From Balanoglossus misakiensis (taxonomy: Eukaryota; Animalia; Hemichordata), in NCBI GenBank assembly GCA_040954595.2, contig CM082579.2, forward strand, positions 6,561,625 to 6,625,624: 64,000 nt of DNA, written 5' to 3'. The notes beneath the pieces were generated by a model. It was not told the DNA's origin and did not search any database. It worked only from the letters and a program-made list of their open reading frames with translations. The position numbers and the translations under genes were made by a program. Shown in pieces: positions 15,083 through 27,800 of this stretch (its first letter is position 1; each line of letters begins with the position of its first letter).

Positions 15083-15421
15083 TTAAAGGGACAAAGTCAC
15101 TAACTTCTGACATTATTTTGGTAATCTTATTTTCTTTCGATGGATTATTTACGTTGTTCTGCTCACTGAACCATGCTTAATGACAGCTTGTAATGGTTCA
15201 ATTCACATCCCGTACATGGACATATTATACATGAGCACTTCCATCATTAAATTTTTGGTCAGTACCAAAAAATATATTGTGCAAATTATTCTCATGTTAT
15301 ACCCATATATAGGATGTTAGTTGAGCTATGTCAATGGGTCACTGAGCATGTTTCAGAACACCAAAAAAGAACCTAAAATAACCAAAAAGAAGATCAAAAG
15401 TTTGCGACATTGCCCCTTTAA
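15083..15421. mobile_element. Non-autonomous TIR element with TTAA flanks (Kolobok-like AGGG...CCCT ends)
   Basis: TTAA-AGGGACAAAGTCAC ... GCGACATTGCCCCT-TTAA (11/14 inverted match). Similar ends TTAAAGGGACA occur near 11862 and TGTCCCTTTAA near 13581. Confidence 0.55.
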
Positions 15422-16293
15422 TGGCTGTATATTTGCATCACCAGATGTTTTCTAGAAACAAAGTAAATTGACACAAGCTTCAACGCTGTTTTTTCGATTT
15501 TGATTTCTCTGCCACCACCTGAACACACACTTTGGTTGTGACCCAGTTGCGTTTTGAATGACGGCATTGATTATATTTCAGCAGAGAAATGAATGTCCAG
15601 GGGGTTTAATTCAACAAAGACGAGGATATTCTCTAAGCATGTGCATACTTCAAGCCCGGAAAATTTGTAACAGTAAAACATGGTCAAGGCAAATAGGAAA
15701 ATTTGAAAAATCTTGCGGTCCAGCGAGCAGTCTCGATACGGACGCTTCATAATCATCACAATATGTACCTGGGAATGCTGCATGGTGACTGTCCTGATTT
15801 TCAATGAACCTGAGGGTCCATAATAAGTATACAGGGTTGAATCACTATATTCATTTACATGTTGAGTAGTTCTGTGTTTGGCAGGAAATTGAAATAGAGC
15901 AGACTTCATTTGTTATGGTTGAAATGTTATCTGCATCAACTCCAAACATGTATTTTTGTTTTTAACATTTTACAAAAATCCGAAAATGTCTACTACAACA
16001 ATTTGTCAAAACATACATACAGATGATGGATGCCAACACAGATCCCACTGCCACTGGTATACACATACACCAGGGAAAATATGATCTGTGATAAGACGAA
16101 TAACCTTTTTTTCACATATTACAAAAATAAAACATTTGTTTTGCAGAAAAGAAAGATATTCATCAGCAGTTTGTCTGCCTGCCTACATTTCAACATTTGA
16201 TTTTCATGATCTATGGCCCAGATGGCAGAGAAACCACTAGAAAGGAAGTGAGCTTATAATGCAGTACTGGATAAGTGTCAATCCTGATGTCAT

Positions 16294-16307
16294 GTTGCCA
16301 TGGTAAC
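16294..16307. promoter_or_regulatory. Consensus RFX X-box
   Basis: GTTGCCATGGTAAC, with a CRE-like TGATGTCA directly upstream. Confidence 0.55.
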
Positions 16308-16458
16308 AACTTTGGGGATGACCCCAGAATTCCTAATGAAAATTGCCGATGTTGCTGTTTATATAAATTGTAATCTGGTGCTGGACAGCGCACATATTCA
16401 ATCAAGAAAACATTTCTGTCACATAGTTGTTATACGGTAATTGCCATGACATGTCAGA

Positions 16459-16711
16459 CAGGGTTCAGACTTGCTCAAATTTCCAAGACTTTCCAGGTTT
16501 TTTTTCCCAATTGGATAATTTAAGGTCGAAAATGCCATTTACTAGGAATGATTGATTCCTCAGTAGTTTTGTAATCTTTGTAGTCAATTTTCCAAGACAT
16601 TTTAAGGAAAAAATTCTCTCCCCCAAGACTTTAAGGACTTTTTACAGGAGAGGTTTAAAATTCCAATAAGGTTTAAAATCAAAGAATTTCCAAGGAGCAT
16701 TATGAACTCTG
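16459..16711. mobile_element. hAT-like non-autonomous element remnant
   Basis: CAGGGTTCA ... TGAACTCTG termini with repeated internal (TT)CCAAGAC motifs; 8-bp TSD not clearly preserved. Confidence 0.45.
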
Positions 16712-17080
16712 AGTAAAGAATCAGAAATTACTAATATTGCTGTTAGATCCAAGATCTGCTGGCCATGAGCTTGGAGGTCTTAAAGGCTTTGCAGAGTCAA
16801 TTCCTCCATTCACTGTGCACAATTTCCATGGACCACTTCGCGGATAAAATAACGCAGGGGGTTGTGGGACAGTTTGCGTTCTGATCGCGTGCATTAGCCA
16901 TATTGTACTAGACGCTATGTTGAACGCAAATTATACCATCATGCATTGCAGATACCCTATCCGCGAATTAACAGAGGTGCACAACACGCTGGTATATTAC
17001 ATTAACAAAAGCGTCACCCTATTTCGCATATTAACACCTCAGAAAATGAAATTTTATGATTAACTAAACGGTATACTCAC

Positions 17081-17329
17081 CCAAAGCATACAAGATCATC
17101 AAACTGATGTGTTTTTTCCTAAATTTTGCAATTTCTTCCAGTGCCAGCTGCAACACTTTATGCAGGATTTCCTCCAAACAGTATATACATCCTTCAGTTA
17201 ATTACTTCACAATGAAACTGTCATATTTCATTTAGAGGCATCCGTCACCATAATTAATCTTTTCCAGGGGAGACAGAGGGTCCTATTCTCTGTGGGATGA
17301 CGAATTATATTGGATTTGATTCCATAATC
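17081..17329 (-). other. Candidate internal, mostly non-coding exon of an unidentified minus-strand transcript
   Basis: Strong acceptor GTTTTTTCTTTCATTCAG| and donor |GTGAGT; ends in a short phase-1 ORF MILYAL(G). Confidence 0.3.
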
Positions 17330-18605
17330 CTGAATGAAAGAAAAACACGCTGAATGCCAGAATGAAAGTCAGATCTCCCGGGAAAACAAGTCAATGTCTA
17401 TTTATTATGCGTACGTGTGTGTTTGAGTAAAATGCATGCCAATTTCATTGTGAAGTCCTGACACTGAGGCACTGATTTCTGTTAATCCTGTGATCTTGAC
17501 ACATCCATGACCCATCGTCTGATCTGCATGGCTTGGTATGGGTCGGCCTGTGCAGTCTCCCTATGGGAGAAGGGAAGTGTCTGCCTCATTGAACATCGCT
17601 TGGCTGGCGAAGATGCCCGTGGCATTTCAACCACCACCTAATCCCATTAACCCCATCTTTACTCTTCCCTGCTGGCAAACATCATCTCAACTGCTGCCCC
17701 TCAAGCGAAGAAATATTGAACATATACTTTTACGAGTGTCTTTTGTTTACTGGTTGCTTAGACAAAGTTTTGATAAATAAAATAGGAGCAGTAATCATGA
17801 ATGAGGCATGTCGTGTCCTTGAGTGACTGGTTCAGTGAATAAGCCCATCCTAAACTTTTGCTTGTACACTCATTATCGCCCCCTCTGGTATTGCAAAGTT
17901 TTGATTTGTTTCTTTTTTTTCACACCATTAACTTTTATTAGCCAAGTATTTTTTCAAGGCTGAGTGAAGTGACAGAACAAACTTTTTTTTATCATCTCCT
18001 GGGGGAAAATACTAACCAGGGGAAGAAATTCTACACTGTGCTTATGAAATGTGCAGTGTTGTTAGCGAAGATTTCAGACAAGATTTTCAGTATTTTAGTT
18101 CTCTTCATCAACCATGTTGTCACTGATTTCGATCCTAATCTTTTTTCTACATGTTTTGTAAACTTTTTATCCTCCCTCCTGTTTATCATTGACCTTTTAT
18201 CCTAAAAAAAGTATCCTATCCCACAAACCTTTCAAGGTCTATCTCTCATGTTAATCATAACAATAATATGGTTTAACTTTGCATGTTTTGAAACTGACAA
18301 ATATGAAAGACACAACAAGATGTATGGGGGTCCAATGTTGTTGTCACCCTGATTCTCAAATGTCATTTTGTTTTCTCACAAAATAACAACTTTTCGGCTG
18401 TCTTTTGAACCCAGTTTAACAAACTTGCCTGAAACCATAGTCAATAAATCTCTATCTTTCAGGGCAGCATTCTTTGATTGTCGTTTTAATTTGGTTGTTT
18501 TTGGACGAAATGGACTCTTTCGCACAGGTATATATGTGTACATAATGGACATATGTATCTCATCATTAAAATATCAGTACATGTATTAACATATTTTGAC
18601 ACGTA

Positions 18606-18774
18606 AAGTGAAACCTGTCATTACGGACACCTCTCTAATCAGGAAACATCGCTTTTAACTTATTTAAGTACATATGTATAAAGGACCGACATATTTTAAG
18701 TTTTAATTTGAATAGAATGTTACCTTAAAGACACCTCTGTTTCAAAAGGTGTCTTTAATAGACAGGTTTCACAA
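18606..18774. mobile_element. Tc1/mariner-pogo-like MITE
   Basis: Perfect 12-bp inverted repeat GTGAAACCTGTC (18608-18619) / GACAGGTTTCAC (18761-18772), repeated GACACCTCT subterminal motif, TA on both sides. Confidence 0.6.
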
Positions 18775-21711
18775 TACATGGTTATATTTTGTGTTAATGT
18801 AAGACTTAATGTACTACGTCCTAACCTTCCAAGTGAATGTAACTTCACCTCCAAACCAGTTATACAGTCCAGGTATATGGCAATACACCAGATGAAAACT
18901 CATCCACCAGTCAGCTTCCAACCAGGTGCACGATACAGCTCTTCCCGACTGAAAAACAAGTCGAAAAATATTTCATGTCATTCTTTAAGAAAACTGGAGA
19001 AGTTTCGCAAAGGCTTTTAAAATTCCTTCACAGCAACGCCGTGTACACCTCACCCGACTGACGGAGAAATATGCCAGACGTTTGAAGCATGGTTAGCTGT
19101 CATTGTGATGTTAATCGCCCCGGCTATGGATGAGATGTTACGAGTACCTGAGGGGGTTGTTGAAAACCTGGCTTGTCTTACAAATAGCTAAACACACCCC
19201 CAGTTATCGGAAACTGCATAGCTTTAGGTACACATCCTGTTTATTTGATAAAGTCGCCTATCCGTGACTTGTTCCCTCAAAACTGAATATTCACGCGAGA
19301 GCACTTGTTTCCAACCCGATGCCTTTCGCGAACCTCTGCAAATATACCATCCACTGCACAAGCACACAATCCAGGCTAATTAACCTCATGCAGTGTTGAC
19401 CTCCATGCTGCTTTTATACGAGTACCTGGCCTTAAATAATTTCACTGGGTGACCCATATCACATTCATTACATTCCTCGTCCCACTTTACATAAAAAATG
19501 TCACACAACCTCTTGTGTAATTCCTATTGGTATTACACAATCCAGGAAATGTGATACATTCATCATAAAAAAGACATCTCAGTTACTCACTGGCCAAAAC
19601 TCAAATTGCGAACATTTAAAATCAAGTTTCTTTTCCCATCACAGGGTCCTTTAAAAATTACGATTGCATGTTATTTTCATGAAATAGCAATACACAACAA
19701 ACATCAAATATTACCTGTATAGAGTTACATGTGTTACGCGTACACATCTTGTCAATGTCAATCTTATAAGTTGCAGAAATCTAGAAAGATGTAAAAATGT
19801 TATAAAGTTTCAAGATACACAGATGACTCTTATACTTCTTATACTTCACAGGTAATTCATAAAATTGCACTTCATAGTCTTGAGAGAAAGTTGTGTACAC
19901 AAGATCGAGCGTCATCATACATGTACTCCCCCCCCCCCTTTTTTTTTGCTGCACTTGAAAAAACATCGGTCGCGTACACAGGATCAAGAACTTAGATGGA
20001 CACAGCCATGCCAGTTCGTGACAACACATTATATCTTTCGAACATCTAGCATTAACTACGAGTCACTTGGTTCCGCGATTTCTTGTACGTTCAACATTCC
20101 TGTCACAAGAGCACAGAGAACTTTCCATGTTCTTATACCTACCGCCATGATCACTCTGCAATGTAACAACTCCTGTTATTGGTGCGTTCGAAACGAAGTC
20201 TCTGATTGGCTAATAGTTTCAAAAAGTTTTCAAACTTTGGGTCAACCGGGAAACCGCACAGATAAAGGCGTTCCTGGGCTGAATTGAACACATTGGCCCA
20301 GGCTGCGGAGTTACGTTTCGGATTTCAAAAAATACACGTAGTCTTTCGAGAATTTTTATCGACCCTCTCACAATAAAGTCCAAATTACTAGTATTTGCTT
20401 CAGTCTGCCTCAGGCTGCGCTCAGAGACGGCTACGCACGCAATCCGTTAGACAAATTCACGACTGAAAATAATAAAGAAACAACGATGATTTCATCATCG
20501 ACACGAGACTGTTTAATCTTCTACAATGTTCATACTGTTTTCCCCTTGATGCTACTATGTACCAGCGTTTTTGTTTCAGGCGCGATCATCAGTTGCCTGT
20601 GATGTTACGGCGAATGATAATCATGTGCGCCACCATGCGGGGAATTCAAGATTCTCTTTGTTTTTCATTCCCTGCGACTTGTGTCACACTTCTCAACATG
20701 AATGATCAGAATACGTATTACAAGTTGACATTATGGCGAAAAACAAACACAAACTAAACCTTTCTGTGCAAGTGTAGTCTAGGCGACTGTCTACAGTCTA
20801 TGGGGATGGCCGATGCGGGTGTATTTGCTTTATTAGAGTCCATGGTAAAGGTAGCGCTGTTAGATTTCCGATGGTTGAAATGCGCAAGACACCACTTGTA
20901 ATTTTGAGAAAAGTAACACCCTCCATTTCCTGTGTGGTCCAACAAAATTTGCGAACAATGCCAACATTTCGTACACAAATATTGTAAAAGACCGTGTTTT
21001 TGGATAACCGATACATCGTTCTTGGTCCATCATCATTACTATATGAGTTCGAGAAAAGTTCGTCTTGTAATTTGTCAATAGTGTACTTTAAATTTTTTTA
21101 AATAAAAGAAGAAATGCGAACTTACATGACACACGTATAGACGCATATTAACAAAATAAATGAGGAAGTAATTAAAGGAATGAAACTCACTATGTAGTTT
21201 AAGATTATTATGACGATACAAAAGGAATGAAAGATCCCCCGCTTATGTCCACTCAGAGTCATTTGCGGTTGATTACTTCGCGTAATATTATTCCCAGCAA
21301 ATAATTGGTTTGATCAATAATTGACACATTCAATTTAATGTAACTAAATTAAAAAAAGACAACATTTTAATGAGATAATTTGCGAAAATTAAGTTGTCGC
21401 CTTACATTTTGTAAATATTACCATATCGACGGTTTTATTGTTCGTTGTCCGAAAGAAACAAAACGTCGCTTTACAATAAAATACTTTGTGAGGGCACTGC
21501 ATTGTGTGCAACAATTTGTATTTTACGGCTTATTGTAATGTCAAGTAATCGTTTTTTCTTTTCTTTTTATTTGTTTGCTATCTGAAAGAAACAAAAGGCA
21601 GCGCTGAAACGCTTTTAGAGGGCACTGCTATCGATTGCGCGAAACTCCGCCTGCAGTGGTTCTCTCTTCAAAGTCTGATTGACAGCTTTGCCTCATAACA
21701 ACGAGGTCGGC

Positions 21712-21724
21712 GTCACATGGAAAC
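21712..21724 (+). promoter_or_regulatory. RFX X-box-like motif in the TEX26 proximal promoter
   Basis: GTCACATGGAAAC about 130 bp upstream of the ATG; CCAAT at about 21772. Confidence 0.55.
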
Positions 21725-21852
21725 GACCGCCGCGACCACAGCACATTACAATAGACATGTCAAATCTCTGCCCAATGGGACGCTGTAAGCCGAGAGCCAG
21801 CTAAACTCGACCAGCCGACCGATCAAAGACCACAGGTAGATCAACAAAAGTC

Positions 21853-24800
21853 ATGGCGGCCGACACGGACTCCAAGTGGCATCCCGAGGATTCTCTCGGC
21901 GAAACTGACGTCCGTTGGAAGGATTTCGTCACAGAGGTACGTACGTCACAATGGTGATTCGAACCCGTCGTCGCCTCGTATGAACCGAGTTGACTGCTCA
22001 TTTTATTGGCCAAAAATATAACGACTCTGTTTTATTTTTACAGTATGGGGAAGACTATCTAGGGCCCGAATTGATCAGTCATTTAGAGAGTTTTTATTAC
22101 AAGGCCTCAGACCCCAACGACAAGAAACAGTGCGTCCGATTACTGGCGGCGCTGACGTTGGGGAAAGAGGTCCAAAAGAAAGAGAGACAACTCCGAAAAG
22201 AGGACCAGAAAATACACCGACCCAAAACTGCAATGCCGTCTCTGGGTATGTCTGTCTGCATACTTGTGTCACTGCTGTCCGGAGTGTCGGCCAGGTCGCA
22301 ATGACAGTACACCTTTAGAAATACATATATATTATTTTATAGCGGGATTTTATATGTACGGTTTACTAGTACTAGTATATAACGGGCAGTAGTAAACTCG
22401 TTTTTCCCGGCCCGGTTCCGGCATCGGATTATCAAAAGGGATTTACAATTTCTTAATATCAATATAGGCAAGCACATGTTGGCAACATAACAGACTTTGA
22501 ACGGGACTACGTCGGTATTGTAATATTTCGTGCTCGGTCTATCGCCGTAGGCATATGGCACGCCATAGCGGAATTGTTATACATCTCCACTCCTAAGCAC
22601 CGACTGTGTTTTCTTTGCAAAGTGATCACCTGAGTATTAATTACATTTTTACATCCCTCATCTCGATCAGGACAAAGACGGAAACCACCAGTTGGAACCC
22701 ACTATTGGCAAGAGTACCCTGGCATTGATGTCACTAAACATTGTAGACCTCCAGAACAAAGGTAAGAAAGAAACTTTAATTTGCATTATAATTTGCCAAA
22801 TCCGTTTAAACTGATAGGGTGCGGTTTTGAGGACCACTTTTGTTTTTTTCAGTGATTAATGCAACAGTGTAACAATGCCTGTTGCGGTGTTTGTGTTGAA
22901 ATGGACATTTTGTATTGAAATGTCCCTGAAATGTACATGACGGGTGTTCTTGTGTTATTTTCAAAGGCCGTCAACGACGAAGCATTCTTACAACGCTCGC
23001 CGGGAGTTGAGTGCTAGACTAGGCACTCCACACTACTTTGACGAATACGGACATAAGGGTTACGGTATGAGGGAACCGATCAGGTCGGGAAGTTCTTCGG
23101 GCAACAGGAGGAATAATCCACACCCATACGAGGTGAGGACGCGCGCATGTGCACATTTCCCGCGCAGAGAGACGGAATCAACACACATCAATCGCATCGC
23201 ACGCGTTTCGAGTCACATTATTGATATACAATTATCTAATAATGACCTGCATATAAATCAAGACATTATCAATACATTAAAAATAATTTTAAGACAAATA
23301 ACATGAAAACGACAAGTGTACTACAGTGTATTGTCACATGAGTGTTATATGATGTACTATTCCGCAACTCATGCCGTGGACAGCTGTGATGGCCGAGTGG
23401 TTAAGGCGTTGGACTTGAAATCCAATGGGGTCTCCCCGCGCAGGTTCGAACCCTGCTCGCAGCGATATATTTTTGTTTCACTTTTTTCCTTTCCCGAATT
23501 TGTTTCAGTAGACATGTCAAAGTTGTATATACAGTTTATTTTTGTAGTTTTACCAAGATTTCTCTCTTTTTTCACCATTTAAAAAGGAAATAGTTGCGAT
23601 TCCAAGTACATCTTTATTTTTTCTTTCTAGTCATTCATGGTGTGGAAATTTCCCAGGAATCTTACAGAGGACCAAAAAAGCTACCCATTTCCACTGACAG
23701 ACAGCATGATGGAGCAGATTTGTCATGACAAATTCAAATCGACATATCAAGATGACTATCTTGGGCTTCCACAAGGTAAGCATGGCAACCATTAAAGTTT
23801 GCGTTCAATTTTATGATTTTTTGGAATATTAATAGGTCATTCAGTGCCGTAATCATTATGCAAGCAATCACTCTTTTGCATCATGGCCAGTAGATATTCT
23901 CTTGTTGTCAAAACTGGTATTGAAAGCAGCGAAACACATTTTCAAGTGAAGTGTTCACATTATCTACCTCAGCATTAAGGAACATGTGACCCATGCAAAG
24001 GTTATATTTTCTGTAAGCCTATATATAACGGTAGCATAGCGGTTCATATTTCCTGCGTTATTTATGCAAGGATCATGTAACAGACAAGAACGCCTTTAAA
24101 AACAGTCGACAGATATATTTTCACCACAGAACACAAACAAATCCAATATCCATTGCTAGAAGTTGGACAGTGAAAACACTTTGTGACCATATACATTTTG
24201 TGAGTCACCTTCAAATTGAGTACATGTGCGTTCCCCAAGCCATAATATTTTAAAGCTATGTTTTCTTTCTTGTGTAACAATTATCTGAAGAGTTATTCAA
24301 TGTTTGTGGAACACAGTAGTCTGAGATAACCCAGATTAATCACTAAACAAATAAAAAAATTGGGTACATGTACTGGCATGCAGAATAACGACACTGTTTC
24401 AGCTTAGTATTTGTCAGAACACAGTCCCTCTATCACAAGATTGCATGTTATGAGTGATATACTCGCCATACATTACATTTCATGTAAACTTAAATTGTGT
24501 GAGTTAATCAAAGTTCGGGAAAATTAAAGTGAGTTAAGGCATTGGTGAAAAATAAGCGTTGTTGAATTGGAACATCCACATTGTTGTACATTGGTGATTG
24601 TATGGCCTTGGTGACGACAACATTCCAGTGTTTATAGACTTCCATTGTTCCAAAAAACCTGGGACCTTTAACACATAGTGTAAGACACTTTGTGATGGCC
24701 TTGGACATCTGGGTGACATATTGGGTTTGTACAGAAACAGTAATCCGACAACAATGCAGAATGGACAGTTATAGATCTACCGTCCCTTTCTTTGGTGACT

Positions 24801-27800
24801 ATCCATCAAATTTTTCATTCTTCGTCGCCGAACAACACAAGATAGCCTGGACATTGGCTTTCAGTTAGGGTCACTCTTGCGAGAAAGGCACAGTACGACG
24901 TCTGCAGTTACAATTGAACACAAACTCTTTCATGTCCCAAACGAAAGAAAAACCTTGATTTTGTTGTCATGACAAGGTGTCGTGAAATGTGACCCTCTCT
25001 GTGCCCTTGTACAGAACTACCCCACTCTCAAAATAGGTGAATAAATTTATTTTTTCATTTTTGTATGTAATGGTAAAATTTCGGCCTCACACATATAGAC
25101 ACACCTACTTAACAGCAAATCTTTTGATGCCATTATTTCATTGCTGACTGCTTTGTATTGGAGTTTGACCCCCAACATCAACTCCTTACAAAAACTAAGC
25201 CTACCTCTATGGTTAATCTTCTTTTACAGCCATTTGTTACATTTACAATGTAACACCTCTCAACAAATCAGACTGAGTACATGTACTAATTGCGAAAGCC
25301 ATTATTACATTATTGTGTTAATTCATGCCATATAAATTACCTGTTATTCTACAATCATGATAGTGCAAACAAAAAAACAGTTAGATAAAGCAAAGAAGAA
25401 ACAATAAGATAAGACTAGTACCTGGCAAACATAACTGTTTCTGACTGGATACTAATGGCTGCTACTATGTTTCAAAATGTACAAAAATGCCCCTTTGAAC
25501 AACTTTTAAATTCTGGTCTTCTTAACTATAGCTATCTCATACGAAAAACTGCCTACTCACCTGAATTGGTCATCGGAATGTAGAATTTGTAACCCACCTG
25601 GTTCTAAAATACTGATTTCTTTGAAAAACAAAATCAAAACAAACAAACACCTGTTTTCAATCTGGGAAATAATATTTTCAGCAATTGACAGTAATTATTT
25701 GAGCGTTATTAATGTTTGCCATTTAATATGGTAGCAATTCTGAGGTAGAAATTAAGTACATGTGTAATTGAAAAACAGAACAGGCAGATTAGAGTCAAAC
25801 ACAAACAAAAGCCAATAGCACCAGCTGTGAATTCAACAAACAGGAAAATACCAAAATATGTTTTGGATAGTGCCCGGCAGACAAACAATTTTGTAAACTA
25901 CCAGAAATTACAGTGGCCAATTCAAACAATCAGCCTACAGTAATGAATGTGCGTGTTTCTGTGACTGGGAGATACAAATCCCAACAAAGTTACAATAAAA
26001 AGAGAGCCATGTGTTTGACCAAGATCACATTATTTTGACATCTTTGCAGTCCCTGGCAACCTGCGGCTTGCCTAGCAACGGGAGAGTGCTGGTAATCACC
26101 TTTTGAAGTGCACTGTAGCTGGGTTGGGTGGTTATATGTCACACTGATCAATAATGTCTACTGGTGTACACAGTTCATTGTTCTGGTCAGCGTTTTCATG
26201 TGTGCTGTTCTATGGTAGAGACAGACCTTTTAATTCACAGTATTTGACCATTGCTACATTGTAGCATAGACAGTAGCTAGGTAGTGAGGCAATCATGCTA
26301 TTTAATAGCTGAAGCCAATGTGTTACAGAGTAGCTATCCATGCTAAATCATTGCTAGCTAGCTATGTTGATTAAAGACACAACTGCTACTTTGTAACTAG
26401 GTAGTCACAGCCCTGTTGCAATAACATATGGTGTAGCTAGGGTGGAATAGCAATGCTACATAAGGGAAGTACAGCATAAAAACAGACAACTCACATAATA
26501 GACCAACCATGCTATGTTGCTAGGAAAGCAGTTCTGCTACATTTTTGCTTTAGTCATGTTACTTTGTATCTAAAGGCAGATCATAATGTTCCACTGATGT
26601 TTCTGTCGTTAAGGTGGATAAATGTTGTGCCTGTTACGCAGACATTTTGATCTGTGTTATGTCTATAGAGTTCTACTCCAATGTCAAGATAGTGCGATGG
26701 CTGACATATTGTCAAACATCTGATGATGAGTGGTACAGTTCAAGTGCACAGCTCTTGAAATGTCCCATTGACTTTGAATTTGATGAATTCCAGTCAGTTT
26801 CACAACGCAAAGAAACAGTCTGATTTTTGAAAAAAGGCTTTTTCAAATTATTTGCGATGACAAGCGACAAAACCTGCACCCAAGTCACATTCAGTTGAGA
26901 GTTTGCAGTACACAAGCTTTCAGAGTAGACATGTACTTTGAAAGAAGGTAGCTGTTAGCTCTTTTAATGTATTTTGTTATGTACACACGCTACCTGCGCA
27001 AAGACTCTTCAAGCTCCTTCCAGTCTTGAACAAAAGCCCATTTAACCTGCGAAAGGTGCTCCACCAGCTTTGCAACCCTTTCCACAGGGATACATTTCAA
27101 ATCTTTTTGTTTGCTACTGGGAGGGCATATTGCTTTCTTTTTGAAGTGGACTTGGCAGTCTGAGCAGAGAATATACATGCCTAAAACTGTTTGTTCATGC
27201 CAAAAAGATGGCAAATGTTTGTACGATAAAATGTCACAGACTTATGACAATGGAGATATTTTTAAATCCATTCTAAAAATCTATACTTAAGTATGTAACT
27301 AGATGTATGATCAGCAGAAAATAATATGCTTAGCTGAAGTAAAAACAGAACTGCTTTTTCCCATTTTTTCCACATAAAAAATTCCTTTTCAAAATTTCAT
27401 CAATTAATCATTTTGATAGCCAGTTTCATTTGGCATATGTGTTAGGATTTATGTATAAAAATTTAACTTGTTCACCTCAAACTGTGATATATAAGTACAT
27501 TACATTTTAATAGAATTAAATTCTCATAAATTCTATTGATTTCATTGTGAGCCAGTATATTTTCAGCTCATTCTGTGCACAGTCTGTCAGCCATATCCAG
27601 AAGAGCTGTAAATGTCCTCAAATAAATTAATTTGGTTATAAAAGGCACTCAGCTGAACAGTTTGAAAATTTCCTCTTTTTCACTCAGCAAGCCGCTATAC
27701 ACTGTGTTAAAAACCTTGACAAATGAGCTTGTTTTCATTCAAAGGATATGCGTAATGTGCGCGCAACAGGTAACAAGAAGTCAGTGTGCTAGCAACCAAA

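Noticed and set aside
23383-23464. Selenocysteine or opal-suppressor tRNA
   Set aside because: Anticodon TGA reads UCA (Ser); tRNA-Sec has anticodon TCA and different stem lengths.
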